A stretch of 64,000 bases of DNA from assembly GCA_013265495.1 (NCBI GenBank), contig MU058065.1, positions 5,702,302 to 5,766,301 of the forward strand. The letters run 5' to 3'. The stretch is from Vicugna vicugna (taxonomy: Eukaryota). Below the pieces are notes generated by a model. It worked only from the letters and a program-made list of their open reading frames with translations. It was not told the DNA's origin and did no database searches. The position numbers and the translations under genes were made by a program. Of this stretch, positions 52,201 to 64,000 are shown in pieces (position 1 is the stretch's first letter; the number at the start of each line of letters is the position of its first letter).

Positions 52201-55200
52201 TCTGGTTGGCTTCAACTGCCCAGGTGTGCAGGACTCGGCCGCCCTCACCATCCAAGGTTCGTGCTGGTGGGGACCAAGGTGGGCAGATAGGTTCAAGACA
52301 CAGAATTCCTGTTGGGAAAATGAGGCAGATGCTGTCTTGCTTCTCACATCTGGGCCAGGAGAGTAAGGAGCATCCGTGGTGAGCTCAGATAGAGGGCTTA
52401 GTGATCCAGAAGTCTGATTTCAACCCATGCACAGCAGATAAGGGACCCTTTATTATCTTTTGTCAGCATCATATCCAAATTCTCCGGAGTACTTTGTAGT
52501 TTGCAGAATTCTGTCATGTTTGTCATCTCAGACAAACGGCCCCTGGCCCCCTAGTGCCTGACTGCTTCCTGCCCTGTCATGTAATCGCTAACACTCTCAG
52601 AGCAACTTTCTGGGTGCCGGGCCCAACCCTAATCACTTTACATACATTGATTAACACAATCCTCTTAACATCCCTATGTGATGGGTTCTTTTGTCACCCC
52701 AGTTTATAGATGGGCAAACTGAGGCCCAGAGAGGTTCAGTGACTTGCCCAAAGTCACAAAACTAATGAGTGGTGCTGCTGGATTAGGAACCCAGGCAGTC
52801 TGTGTCCAGAATCACACTCTGCCACCTGGAGAGACAGGGGAGGAGAGGGAATGAGGCTTCCTGAGGAGGACAGTTCTTGGTAGGGATCTGAAAATTCAGG
52901 GACCATGGTAACATTTGCCATTGCACTGTTGCTGGAGTTTATAAGGCCAGTCAAGGAATTCCTTGGTGCCCAGGCATGAGGCCTTGAGGCAGTTAGCTGC
53001 AGCATCCCAAGAGGAGGACAAAGTAAGCAATAGCCAGAGCAGTGTTCCTAAAATACAACCTGGTTCACCAACATCGGAGTCATCTTTTGGGGGCTGGTTG
53101 ACAATGCAGATTCCTTGGCCCTTGCAGGGAGGGACATTTTTACCAGGCTCCCTAGGAATTCTTATGCACACTAAGAGTTGGTGTGTGAGCCCAAAACTAT
53201 TTTTTAAAACTCCAACGAATGTGTCAACAGCCATCATCTGACCTGACGTGCTCACCCTCCCTACATTGGGCACGTGCACCAGAGAGGGGTGCTTACTGGG
53301 GTTAGACTAGGATGCCGCCCGTGACTGTGCTTCTCACTGTGCAGAGAGCCCAGTGCACATCCTGAGTCCCCAGGACAAGCTGTCGTTGACCTTCACGACC
53401 TCGGAGAGGGTGGTGCTGACCTGTGAGCTCTCTCGGGTGGACTTCCCAGCGAGCTGGTACAAGGATGGGCAGAAGGTGGAGGAGAGTGAGTCGCTGGTGG
53501 TGAAGATGGATGGGCGCAAACACCGCCTGATCCTGCCCGAGGCCGGCGTCCAGGACAGTGGCGAGTTTGAGTGCAGAACGGAAGGGGTCTCAGCCTTCTT
53601 CAGTGTCACCGTTCGAGGTCAGGGACCACAGCAATCTGGGCTCATTCCAGCTGAGACTGACCCTGAGGGCTGTGTGAGCCCTGCCCCCTGGTCTGCCTGC
53701 CTGGGGGTCCCTTCCTGGGAGGGCCTAGTGGGCCAGGGGTCACATGTTTTGAGATCCCGCTGCCTGTGCACCACCCTCCAGTACATTTGGCCCCCACATA
53801 CCCGCTGCTGGGGGAGTGTGGGGGGAACTCAGTGCAGGTAAGGGAAGAAGAGGCAGGAGCTAACATTTGTTTGGCACTTGCTGGCCAGGTCTTGTGCTGA
53901 GTACTTCACTTTCATTTAATCTCCATGACTATATGAGGACCAGTACCTCCATTCACAGATGAAGAAACTGAAGCTCAGAGAGGTTATGCATCTTGCCCAT
54001 TATCACACAGCCAGCAAACACCCTAGCTGGGTTCACACCCAGGAGTGCTTATCCCACCGCCCCAGGAGGCCAGGGTCAAAGGGAAGCTTTAGGTGCAGTG
54101 GTCCAAAGGCTCTCAGAAGTCAGCCCACATTCTGGCTGCTTCAGAACCACCCTGGAAACCTGTCATTAGTGCATAGCCCTAGGCTCCTGTGGCCTCCAGA
54201 GCCAGAATATCCAGGACAGAGACTGGGGATCCACTCTGGGAGGACAGCTCAGGAACCAGTGATCCAGCTCAATCAATCTTCTCACTTTGAGCGCAAATCC
54301 TGTTTCAGCCCCATTGCCAGGAGGTCCTCTGGCCCCTGCCTGAATGCACCCAGGGATGAGGAACTCACTACCTTTAGGGAGCACTGCCCCATGGTGGCAC
54401 CACTAAGTCATTACCACCTCCTGCCCATCCTGGGGCCATGCAGCAGGGGCTTTCTCGTGAAAACAGCAGCAAGCACCACCCTGATGTGTCCTGTGATAGT
54501 GACCTCCTCTCTGCCTAGACAAAGGCCCTCTGTGTCCCCACCCAGTCCCCTCTGATCCTCTGGAGACTCACAGCACTCAGGTGCCACATGATCTCCTGTC
54601 ATGCCTCACCTGCCACGCCCTCAGTGTTCCACGTCATCGCCCCAGAGCCCCCAGCACAGCTGGCCTCCCTCCCAATGTCCTCCTGGGAGGAGACTCTCCT
54701 AGCCAAGTGGCCAGTACAGACTCACGTCTCCCATGAGTGGGTGTCTGTGTGACCCCATCTCTGCTGCCCTCCAGACCCCCCAGTGCACATCCTGGACCCC
54801 CGTGAGCATGTGTTCGTGCATGCCATAACTTCGGAGTGCGTCATGCTGACCTGTGAGGTGGACCGGGAGGACGCCCCTGTGCACTGGTACAAGGACGGGG
54901 AGGAGGTGGAGGAGAGCGACTTTGTGGTGCTGGAGAATGAAGGGCCCCATCACCGCCTGGTGCTGCCTGCCGCCCAGCCTCTGGACGGGGGCGAGTTCCA
55001 GTGTGTCGCCGGGGATGAGCGGGCCAGCTTCACCGTCACCATCACAGGTGGGGCTCTAGGTGGGCTGTGGGACATGGAAGGTGTACCCTAACCCCACCTG
55101 GGCAGTCGTCACATTCCTGGACCATGGTTCTCAGCCCTTGCTTCCCTCCCCCAAGTTGATCACACACCCCACCCCCTTTCTCCTCTACCCATGGTCTGCA

Positions 55201-58200
55201 CCCTGAAGTTCAGTTACCAGCTGGAAACGTGTGGTCACAAGCACACCAGTCACAGCTGCACAAGTGACAGGGAAGCCCTGCCTTCTCCATTCTCCTGAAG
55301 GCCCCTGCCAAGAGGGAACTTTAGAGCTGGCAACACTACCACAGGGCAGGGTCTAGTGGGGGTGGGCCCAGGCACTAGGGAGTCAGAAGGTCTGAGGCCA
55401 GCAGGAGACCCCAGCTCCATCTGGGCACCCAACCCTCCTCTCCCTAATCTTACCCTTCATCCTGTCCCTGTCCCAACCCAGAGAATGTAGTGTTTCTACA
55501 GCTGAGGCTGACACCACAGTTCCCACTGTGCTGCTGTGCCTCTGATGTGCTTTGGTGACTGTGGTCATGCCTCCACCTGTGGGTGACTGTCCGAGCAACT
55601 GTGAGTCACAGTCCGAGGGAAAGCCTTCTTCTTCACCATGCAGCCCACTTTCCAGGAGCCGGGAACAGGCATGGATCAGTCAGGGCAGCCAGGCACCTCA
55701 GCCCCAGCTGACATCCAGCCATGGCTGTCCCTGTCCTGTAGATGTCTCCTCGTGGATCGTGTACCCCAGTGGCAAGGTATACGTGGCAGCCGTGCGCCTG
55801 GAGCGTGTGGTGCTGACCTGCGAGCTGTGCCGGCCCTGGGCTGAGGTGCGCTGGACCAAGGACGGCGAAGAGGTGGTGGAGAGTCCGGCGCTGCTCCTGC
55901 AGAAGGAAGACACTATCCGCCGGCTGGTGCTGCCTGCCGTCCAGCTGGAGGACTCCGGCGAGTACTTGTGTGAAATCGACGATGAGTCTGCGTCTTTCAC
56001 CGTCACTGTCACAGGTGTGGGTCCACCCCAGCTGCCCAGGGTTACCAGAGTACGGTCCTGAGCCCTTGGGGGAGTTGGCCACAGAGTCCTTAGCTAGCAT
56101 GTTGGGGAGGAGAAAGGTGGGACTGTGGGTGCATGTACTGGGGGTCCCTGCCTGAAAGAGCCCAGGGTCCTTGTTCGAGTAAGCAAGCTCCTCTCTGGCA
56201 CCCAAGGCCGGAAATAGCTGTGCTCCACCAGCTCATTTACTGAGCACTTCCTATGTGCCAGGCCCCGGGACAGTTGCTGTGGGTCACTGGTGTGTAATGC
56301 AGACACAGTCCCTGTTGTCAGAAAGCTGCCAGTCTAGTTGGGGAGGCAACTGTTAACCAGGGGTCGCAAACGGGCAGTCCCTAAGGTCCCATACAGCCCA
56401 CAGATGTGTTTTGTTTGGCCTGCAGAGTCTTACCAAAGTCAGGACAGTTCAAATAACAACCCGGAGTTATGCGTCCTCTTGAAAAAGCCGAAGACCCGGC
56501 GGCTCTGGTCCCGCTTCCCCCCATGGCGACGGACAGCTGGCGCTGAGTAGTAGCTGACCCCATAAGACGGGGCCCACATTCTTCTGTCCCACCCTCCCCA
56601 CCGTTTCTGCCTCCCCACAGACCACTTCAGCCACTGACCTTACCTTACCTGGCCCCCGTGGGCATCTGAGTTTGCGACCCCTGTGTTTAACCAATAAACA
56701 CACAAATAAATGTACAGTGACACCTTGTGACAAGTGCTGTGAGGGGTGAGGGCTCAAGAGAGCAGAGCAGAAGGTTCAGGGAGAGCCTCGGGGAAAGTTG
56801 CCATGCCACCCACAGGAGCCAGCTGGGCTGGACTCTGAACACTGAGTAGCACTTAGACACACATGCTTGTCTCCCCCCTGAAATACACAGCCTGGCAGGA
56901 AAGCCAGACACATTAGAGAACTGTAGAGTGTGGGTGGCCGAGTATTGCAATAGCGTGCAGTGGGAGCCCAAGGCTGGGGGCTGCTAACCTGGTTGGCAGG
57001 CAGGAATTGCATTCAAAACAGATATTTGAAGCAGGGACTGTGTTAGCTAAGTGGGGGTCGGGGTTTGGGCTAAAGGTGGGGGGAGAATGTTCAAAGCAGG
57101 AAAGCACAGGACAGCTGTGGAAGTGATGTTGGTTCAGTGCCGGAAACTTTGGGGGTGCAGCTCACAGCGCCAATCCCAGTGTGTCTGTGATGTGGGGCAG
57201 GGGGTGTAGGACCAAAACAATACTAGGTGGCACAAAAGAACCCCACTGGCTGCACTTGAGAGACCATCCTGCTGCTGGCACCATCTGGTTGCCTCTCCCC
57301 TGCCCTGCCCTAGAATAGTGCCTCAGCCTAGGCCCCCCGACTCCATGCACCCCAGTTAGTGCAGCCTGGTGCACACAAGCCACAGAGAGGCCTTTCTGTA
57401 CACCTTCTGTCCTGTAGTGACTCCCTTCAACCTCTCCAGCCCCAAGCTCTGGCCAGACATAATGGCTGTGGCCACACACACTCCAGCCCACACTTGGCCT
57501 CCCCACAAAACACCGGATTCTCCACGGGGAAGCTCACACAACACACCACCTTGGCCATGGACCAGGAGAATCAAGTCTGATGCCAAACTGAGGTCCCGCA
57601 GCTCTGCAGACACCCCAGCCCCATTGCTGCACCCTGTGCTCATTCCACTGCCTCCATCACCACCCCTCATCCCGCAAGGCCCCAGAAAACCAGCCTACAT
57701 TTTCTAGACTCTTGGAACAAGTCCATTTAGGGAGGCAGAGGCAAGGGCTGAATGTTCACGGGTGGCCACATCTGCCACGCGCACCTCTTCAGAGACCTAG
57801 ACCAAAAAGCTAGCAGTTCCCCAGTCCAGCCACAAGGGGGCCAAATGCTAAAGGAGCACTAAAGGGGCCTGGAGACTTGATTTTGGGAGACCTCCCAGGT
57901 GCATGGAAGCATGGGCAGGCCCAGGCTCAGTGCTCTGGTCACCTCCAATATTGACATGTCTCCTTTCTGTGAAAGACCGACCACTTCAGAGCAATTGGAG
58001 ATGAACTCCTGGAACCAATGTTTAACATCCCCAGGGAACTTAGTCATGTGCAAAACTCATTACTGAGTTTCCTGCAAACTTTGATTTGGAATCCCTACCA
58101 CTGCTTCCAGAGTTTGTTCCCTTTAACAGATGGTAGTTCTTCCTCCTGCCCTCAAGTAGGTATGAGGTATGACCTTAAGAAAGTTGCTCAACCACTCTGT

Positions 58201-61200
58201 GCCTCAGTCCCCTCATCAGAAAAATAAGGATAAATCAATACGTATGTCCTAGGATTGCTATGAGGGTGTAAAATGCTTATGACAGTTCCTGGAGCTTTAG
58301 GAAGAGTTATGTAAGTACTTGCTATTACAGATCCACCATCCCTTATCTACAATTCTGATTTTTTTTAACAAAAGCTCAAAATCAAAAGGCTTTTTGTAAG
58401 TTAGGTGTTAAAAGTCAATTCAGTGAAACCTGAGCTTAACTCTGTGAAACTATTTCTACTTTTTAATTACCCTGCTTAGAGTGAATATATCTATATGTTA
58501 CACTGCAGAAACGTTAATGTGACTGATTATGGAGGTACCACCGTGGGGGCTGAGGGGGGTATGTAATATATGATAAGTGTACCATTTCAGGAATCAGAAG
58601 CATTCTGGATTCTTTGACACCTCTGGCCCCAGGGATTTCAGAGAACAGATTGGGGACCTCTTATTCCTTGTTATTATTATCTTTATTACTCTTGTGATTG
58701 TGGGCAACAGGGACTTCATGATGCCAGATGGCTCCAGTGAGTTTGTGACAGCCTGTGGTTGTCCCTGCTCTGCAGAACCCCCCGTGCGCATCTTATACCC
58801 CCGGGACGAGGTCACCTTGGTCGCTGTGAGCTTGGAGAGTGTGGTGCTGATGTGTGAGCTGTCACGGGAGGACGCCCCCGTGCGCTGGTACAAGGATGGG
58901 CTGGAGGTGGAGGAGAGCGAGGCCCTAGTGCTGGAGAGTGATGGGCCCCACCGCCGCCTGGTGCTGCCCGCTGCCCAGCCAGAGGACGGGGGCGAGTTCG
59001 TGTGCGACGCTGGAGACGACTCAGCCTTTTTCACTGTCACCATCACAGGTGGGCAGTCTCTGGGACATCCTGGGCAGGTAGAGAGGCAGGAGGCTGAGGG
59101 ACCCTCCCACTTCCTGCACATTCAGGGACCCTGCCTGCTGCACACAGCTTTCTCTCGTCCCCCAGCCTTCTCATTCTCAGCTGTCTGAGAGGCCTGGCTT
59201 GCCCGGATCAGGTCAGAACAGTGACCAGAGGTCTGGTGGGGACAGCCCAGCAATCAGGAGCACTAATTCATTTACTCAACAAATACGTGCTCAGCTCCAT
59301 TCTGGATGCTGAGGGTACAGTAATGAACCAATGAGAAAAACCTGTCTTCACGAAACTTGCATTCTCGCTAGAGCGAGGCAGAACAAATATGTAAAATAGA
59401 TGGTTTTTCAGGTTGTGATCAGTGCATCAGAGGCAAAACAGGGAAGGAGGGTAGGAAGTGGGGGCGGGGTAGGGGAGGCCACGCACTCGGGTCAGATAGA
59501 TCTGACTGTTAGTATGGGTCTACCTCCCTCTGTCCATGTGACCTTGGGCAAGTCAGTTCCCTGTAAAGAAGCTTCAGGTCCTCATCTATAAAGTGAAGCC
59601 AAAAATAGGGAGTGTCAGGAGAAGCTGGGAAAAGAGCTGCAGTGTGCTTATCATGGCACCCAGCACACAGTAAGTGCCCATGGATTGTACGTGGCACCAT
59701 TCCCAAGAGCTGTACTGCAAATGGAGAGGGCTGAGAATCTAGTGGTGAGGCAGGTAGAGGCCTACTGGCTGAGCCCACTCACCTCCCCCTCTCTGTCCAC
59801 CCTCCAGCTCCACCAGAGAGGATCGTGCATCCAGCCGCCCGTTCCCTGGACCTGCAGTTTGGGGCTCCAGGGCGTGTGGAGCTGCGCTGTGAGGTGGCCC
59901 CTGCTGGGTCCCAGGTGCGCTGGTACAAGGATGGGCTGGAGGTGGAAGCATCGGAGGCCCTGCAGCTGGGTGCCGAGGGGCCAGCTCGCACCCTGACCCT
60001 GCCCCACGCTCAGCCGGAGGATGCTGGGGAGTATGTGTGCGAGACTCGTGATGATGCCGTCACCTTCAATGTCAGCCTGGCTGGTGGGTGTTCCCGGCCA
60101 GCATGGGTACGGGAGGCAGAGGCAGGCCCCAGCTGACATCTCCTCTCTCTGTCTAGAGCCCCCAGTGCAGTTCCTTGCCCCAGAGGCAGCCCCTAGCCCA
60201 CTTTGCGTGGCCCCCGGGGAGCCAGTGGTGCTGAGCTGTGAACTGTCCCGGGCCGGAGCCCTTGTCTTCTGGAGCCACAATGGGAGGCCAGTGCAGGAGG
60301 GTGAGGGCCTGGAGCTCCGCGCCGAGGGCCCCCGCCGGATTCTCTGCATCCGGGCTGCAGACCTGGTCCATGCAGGCCTCTACACCTGCCAATCCGGGGC
60401 AGCCCCGGGGGCCCCCAGCCTCAGCTTCACCGTCCAAGTGGCTGGTGAGTATAGCCTGGGCTGGCCGCCTGAGAGTTGTGCCCCTAAACCCACGAGTCTC
60501 CCCTTTCTCTAGTACCCCTTGCCCAACCCTTGGCCCACTGCTCTCAGTCCCTTTCCCCATCTTACCTCCCACCGCCCTCCTCCTAGCCCTTCACCCCAGT
60601 GACCCCCAGCTCTGACTCCACAGAGCCCCCCGTGCGGGTGGTGGCCCCCGAGGCGGCCCAGACGAGGGTTCGCAGCACCCCAGGTGGGGACCTAGAGCTG
60701 GTGGTGCACCTCTCCGGGCCTGGGGGCCCTGTGCGCTGGTACAAGGACGGGGAGCGCCTGGCAAGCCAGGGGCGGGTGCAGCTGGAACAGGACGGGGCAA
60801 GGCAGGTGCTGCGGGTGCGGGGGGCACGGAGCAGGGACGCTGGGGAGTACCTGTGCGACACGCCCCAGGACAGCCGCATCTTCCTCGTCAGCGTGGAAGG
60901 TAACAGTGCACCCCTCACACCCTTGGGGCCCTGGCCCCCTAAGGACCACACACCCACACCGTTCTGGGCCCCATTGCCCCCACCCCCACCTCACTGCCTC
61001 TGGCTCCAACCAGTGCATGCACAGCTATTTCTTGGATGAGGTGTCAGGGATCCCTTTTCCAGGAACCCTCAGATAGGAGGAGGCACAGCCCAGCGCTTAA
61101 AAGCAGGGCTCGAGAGTCAACCGTCCCTCCCCTAGGTTCCAATCTGAATTCAGCTTCCCAATAGCTGTGTAATACTGGCAAGTTGCTCAAACTCTCTGGG

Positions 61201-63458
61201 CCCCAGCTCCAAAGTGGGGGGTAGTGCTTGTCCTATAGGGCTGTTGTGACATTTAAATAAGATAAATAGGGACCATAGTGAATGATGTTATTATTAGGGA
61301 GTCATAGAGGTAGGTGCCAGGCCCGCATTGAGAGGAGTTGGCTAGGAGTGTCAGGGAGTTGACATCTTGTCCTTTGAGACACCCCATGGCTGACGCATGA
61401 AAGTTCTGTTCAGTAACTGGGAGATGAGGACCCGTATCCGGAGGAGGGGATGAGGAGGAGGGAAGGGGAAAGACCCAGCCCACCTCACTGCCTAACCTTG
61501 CCCCCCAGAACCACCGGTGGTGAAGCTGGTCTCGGCGCTTACACCGCTAACTGTCCATGAGGGTGACGATGCCACATTCCGGTGTGAAGTCTCCCCACCA
61601 GACGCCGAGGTCACCTGGCTGCGCAATGGGGCCATTATCACTCCAGGGCCCCAGCTGGAGATGACCCAGAATGGGTCAAACCGCACGTTGACCGTGCGAG
61701 GCTGCCAGCTCGAGGATGCGGGGACCGTGACTGCCCGAGCAGGGGGCACAGCCACAAGTGCCCGGCTCCATGTTCGAGGTTTGGTCCTAATGGAGAGAAA
61801 GTAGTCTTGGCCCGGAACCTATTCTCCAGGCCCCAGCCCTAGCAGGGGGAAAGATCCCTGAGAGGGAGCAGGGGGTCAGCCTCCAGCCCCTACCAGGCTC
61901 CATGGCCCCCTCTCCCTTTCTCCCCAGAAACGGAGCTGCTGTTTCTGCGGCGGCTGCAGGATGTGCGGGCAGAGGAAGGCCAAGATGTGTGCCTTGAAGT
62001 GGAGACAGGCCGAGTGGGTGCAGCGGGGGCTGTGCGCTGGATTCGGGGTGGAGCACCTCTACCCCCTGACTCCCGCCTGTCCATGGCCCAGGACGGCCAT
62101 ATCTACCGCCTCTTCATCCACGGCGTTGTGCTGGCCGACCAGGGCACCTACGGCTGTGAGAGCCACCACGATCGCACCCTGGCCAGGCTCAGTGTAAGGC
62201 GTGAGTGCCCTGTCCTCTCCTAATGCATCGCCCACCCCATGGCACAGCCTCTCCTGGCTGGTCCAGGGCCCTTCAGACCCCCACCAAAGTGCCCCTTGCC
62301 GCAAGGCAAGTCAGCTCTGGCCGACCCCCAGGAGTGTGACCTGAAGCAGCCTGCCCAAAGCAAAACTTTTCTTTTTCTAATATTTTCTATTTACCTTAGA
62401 AGTCCATGTGGATTTTGCATTCCATTTCATATGTCCAAGTTGGCTTTGCTATAAACGTAAATGTTATACTCCAGAAAGATGTGCTGGGTTTATCTTTTCA
62501 GTTACCTGCCCCAGGATGCATGGGCCCATCTGACAAGCAGGAAGCAGATAGCACCCCTACCCTCAAGCCCTCTATGAACTGTGTGACTTCATACAAATTA
62601 CTTAACCTCTCTGAGCCAAATCTTCCTAAAAATGGAGCGGATGCCTATTTCAAGGGTCTTTGGGAACATTTGAGAAATAGCCACACAGAGCTTGGTAAAT
62701 GGTTGTTGGTGGTGATATATATTCTCTTCTAATTTTATTTCATTTATTTAATCACAATAAACCTGCGTCTCAATGCTATTAGCCTTGTACAGTTGGAGAA
62801 ACTAAGGCCCAGAGAGGTCAAGCCATTTGCCAAAGGTCACACAGCACACAAACTGTGTGGCAGAGCTAGGATCAAGTCCAGATGGTCTGATTCCAAATTC
62901 TGTGCTCCTTCCAGTGTCACAGCACCCCTCACCCAACCTCTTCACCCCCTAACCACACATCACCCCCTTTATGTGTCCCCTCCTCCAACTCCAGTAAGCT
63001 CCTCTCTCACCCAGGTAAGGCCAGCTCTGCTCCCTTCTTTCTGCACCCTGGTCCTGTACTTTGTTCAACAGAACCTTACTAGATTGGGTGTTAGGGTGGT
63101 GCAGGCAGAGCCAAGGGGTGTGCAGGTCCCCCAAACCCCTGGCCAGATTTGGAGCCCTCATCCTTCCTCTTTCCTCATTTCCCCCCACCAGCAAGGCAGC
63201 TTAGGGTACTGCGGCCTCTGGAGGATGTGACCATCATCGAGGGGGGCAGCGCCACCTTCCAGCTGGAGCTGTCCCAGGAGGGTGTGACTGGGGAGTGGGC
63301 CCGAGGTGGAGTCCAGCTGCAGCCAGGGTCCAAGTGCCAAATTCATGCAGAGGGCCACACTCACCACCTGGTACTCAGTGGCCTGGGCCTGGCAGACTCA
63401 GGCTGCATCTCCTTCACTGCGGATGCCCTGCGCTGTGCAGCCAGACTGACTGTGAGAG
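48152..63458 (+). CDS. OBSL1: Obscurin-like protein 1, exons 1-15 of the long isoform (continues off the right edge)
   Basis: ATG at 48152 (MKAGSGDQGSPPCFLRFPRPVRVVSG). Exons: 48152-49163, 50707-50976, 51061-51312, 51478-51780 (Fn3), 51960-52256, 53345-53617, 54775-55047, 55742-56014, 58776-59048, 59808-60083, 60157-60444, 60624-60899, 61509-61778, 61928-62200, 63192-63458. All introns are phase-1 GT-AG; the exons encode tandem I-set Ig domains (C..WYKDG..DxGxYxC). Confidence 0.97.
56426..56550 (+). CDS. OBSL1: Alternative terminal exon of a short OBSL1 isoform (1025 aa)
   Basis: Acceptor TGCAG at 56421-56425, phase 1; encodes ESYQSQDSSNNNPELCVLLKKPKTRRLWSRFPPWRRTAGAE*. Twin AATAAA at 56693 and 56705. 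Confidence 0.85.
58328..58660. mobile_element. Tigger-family DNA transposon relic (MER46C-like)
   Basis: Degenerate TIRs CAGATCCACCATCCCTTATC...GAACAGATTGGGGACCT, preceded by TA. Confidence 0.65.
62201..62223 (+). CDS. OBSL1: Read-through C-terminus (RECPVLS*) of an intermediate OBSL1 isoform (1543 aa)
   Basis: Skipping the donor at 62201 gives R-ECPVLS-TAA; AATAAA at 62756-62761. The length agrees with a recalled human isoform. Confidence 0.55.
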
Positions 63459-64000
63459 GTGCGGCCTCTGGAACCATCGCCTGCCTGCTAACTGCTCTGG
63501 GTGTGACCATACTGACATCACTACCTGTGTGTCTCCCACTCACCTTGCCTGTCCCAGTGTGGCCCTTATTGACCTCCCTGCCAGAGTGTGACTCCCTTGA
63601 CCCTTTGGCCACGTGTGGCATCAGTGACTGCCCTGCCTGAGTGTGGCTCCACTGAGCCTCCAGTCCCTGTGGACCACTGGCTGTGCCGCTGTAAGATGCC
63701 TGTGCTAGGGTGGTCCCTGTTGCCTGCCTGCCTGACCGTGGCCCTGCCAACCACTCTGAAGGTGAGCTCACTGATTATGCCTGCTGCAGCCCCCTCTGCC
63801 TGCCTGAGTGTGCCCTTGTGACTACCCAAGTCCCAGTGATCCACTGACCATGCAGGAGGGTGACTCCACACCAGCAACTCTGCTTCAGGGTCCCCCAGTT
63901 TTGCTTTCAGCCCCAGTGTGTTTCCCAATGACCACATCAGCTCTAGGGTCCCACCATTGTTCCTCTAAGCCCATGGTGTCCCCACTGGCCAGTTTTTCCT

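Noticed and set aside
1..64000. CRISPR arrays, prokaryotic systems, rRNA, snoRNA or miRNA genes
   Set aside because: None could be recognised; the window is ordinary intron-containing mammalian DNA.

Overview
Mammalian genomic DNA, most likely a camelid (a vic-1-type tRNA-Ala-derived SINE is present). The window covers the conserved SLC4A3-STK11IP-INHA-OBSL1 block. Minus strand: the 5' part of SLC4A3 (AE3), including the internal cardiac-isoform first exon; complete STK11IP (24 coding exons, 1075 aa); and complete INHA (364 aa). Plus strand, head-to-head with INHA: the first 15 exons of OBSL1 plus two alternative 3' ends. The STK11IP-INHA interval holds a decayed processed pseudogene of UBXN2B (p37, a p97/VCP cofactor) nested among L1 and MaLR elements. 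The most unusual observation is that this retrocopy carries three extra 70-90 nt segments at positions matching parental exon junctions, apparently a fossil of a UBXN2B mRNA with three cassette or poison exons. No wholly new biological system could be supported. Gene and repeat identities rest on my recall of known sequences, not on a database search.
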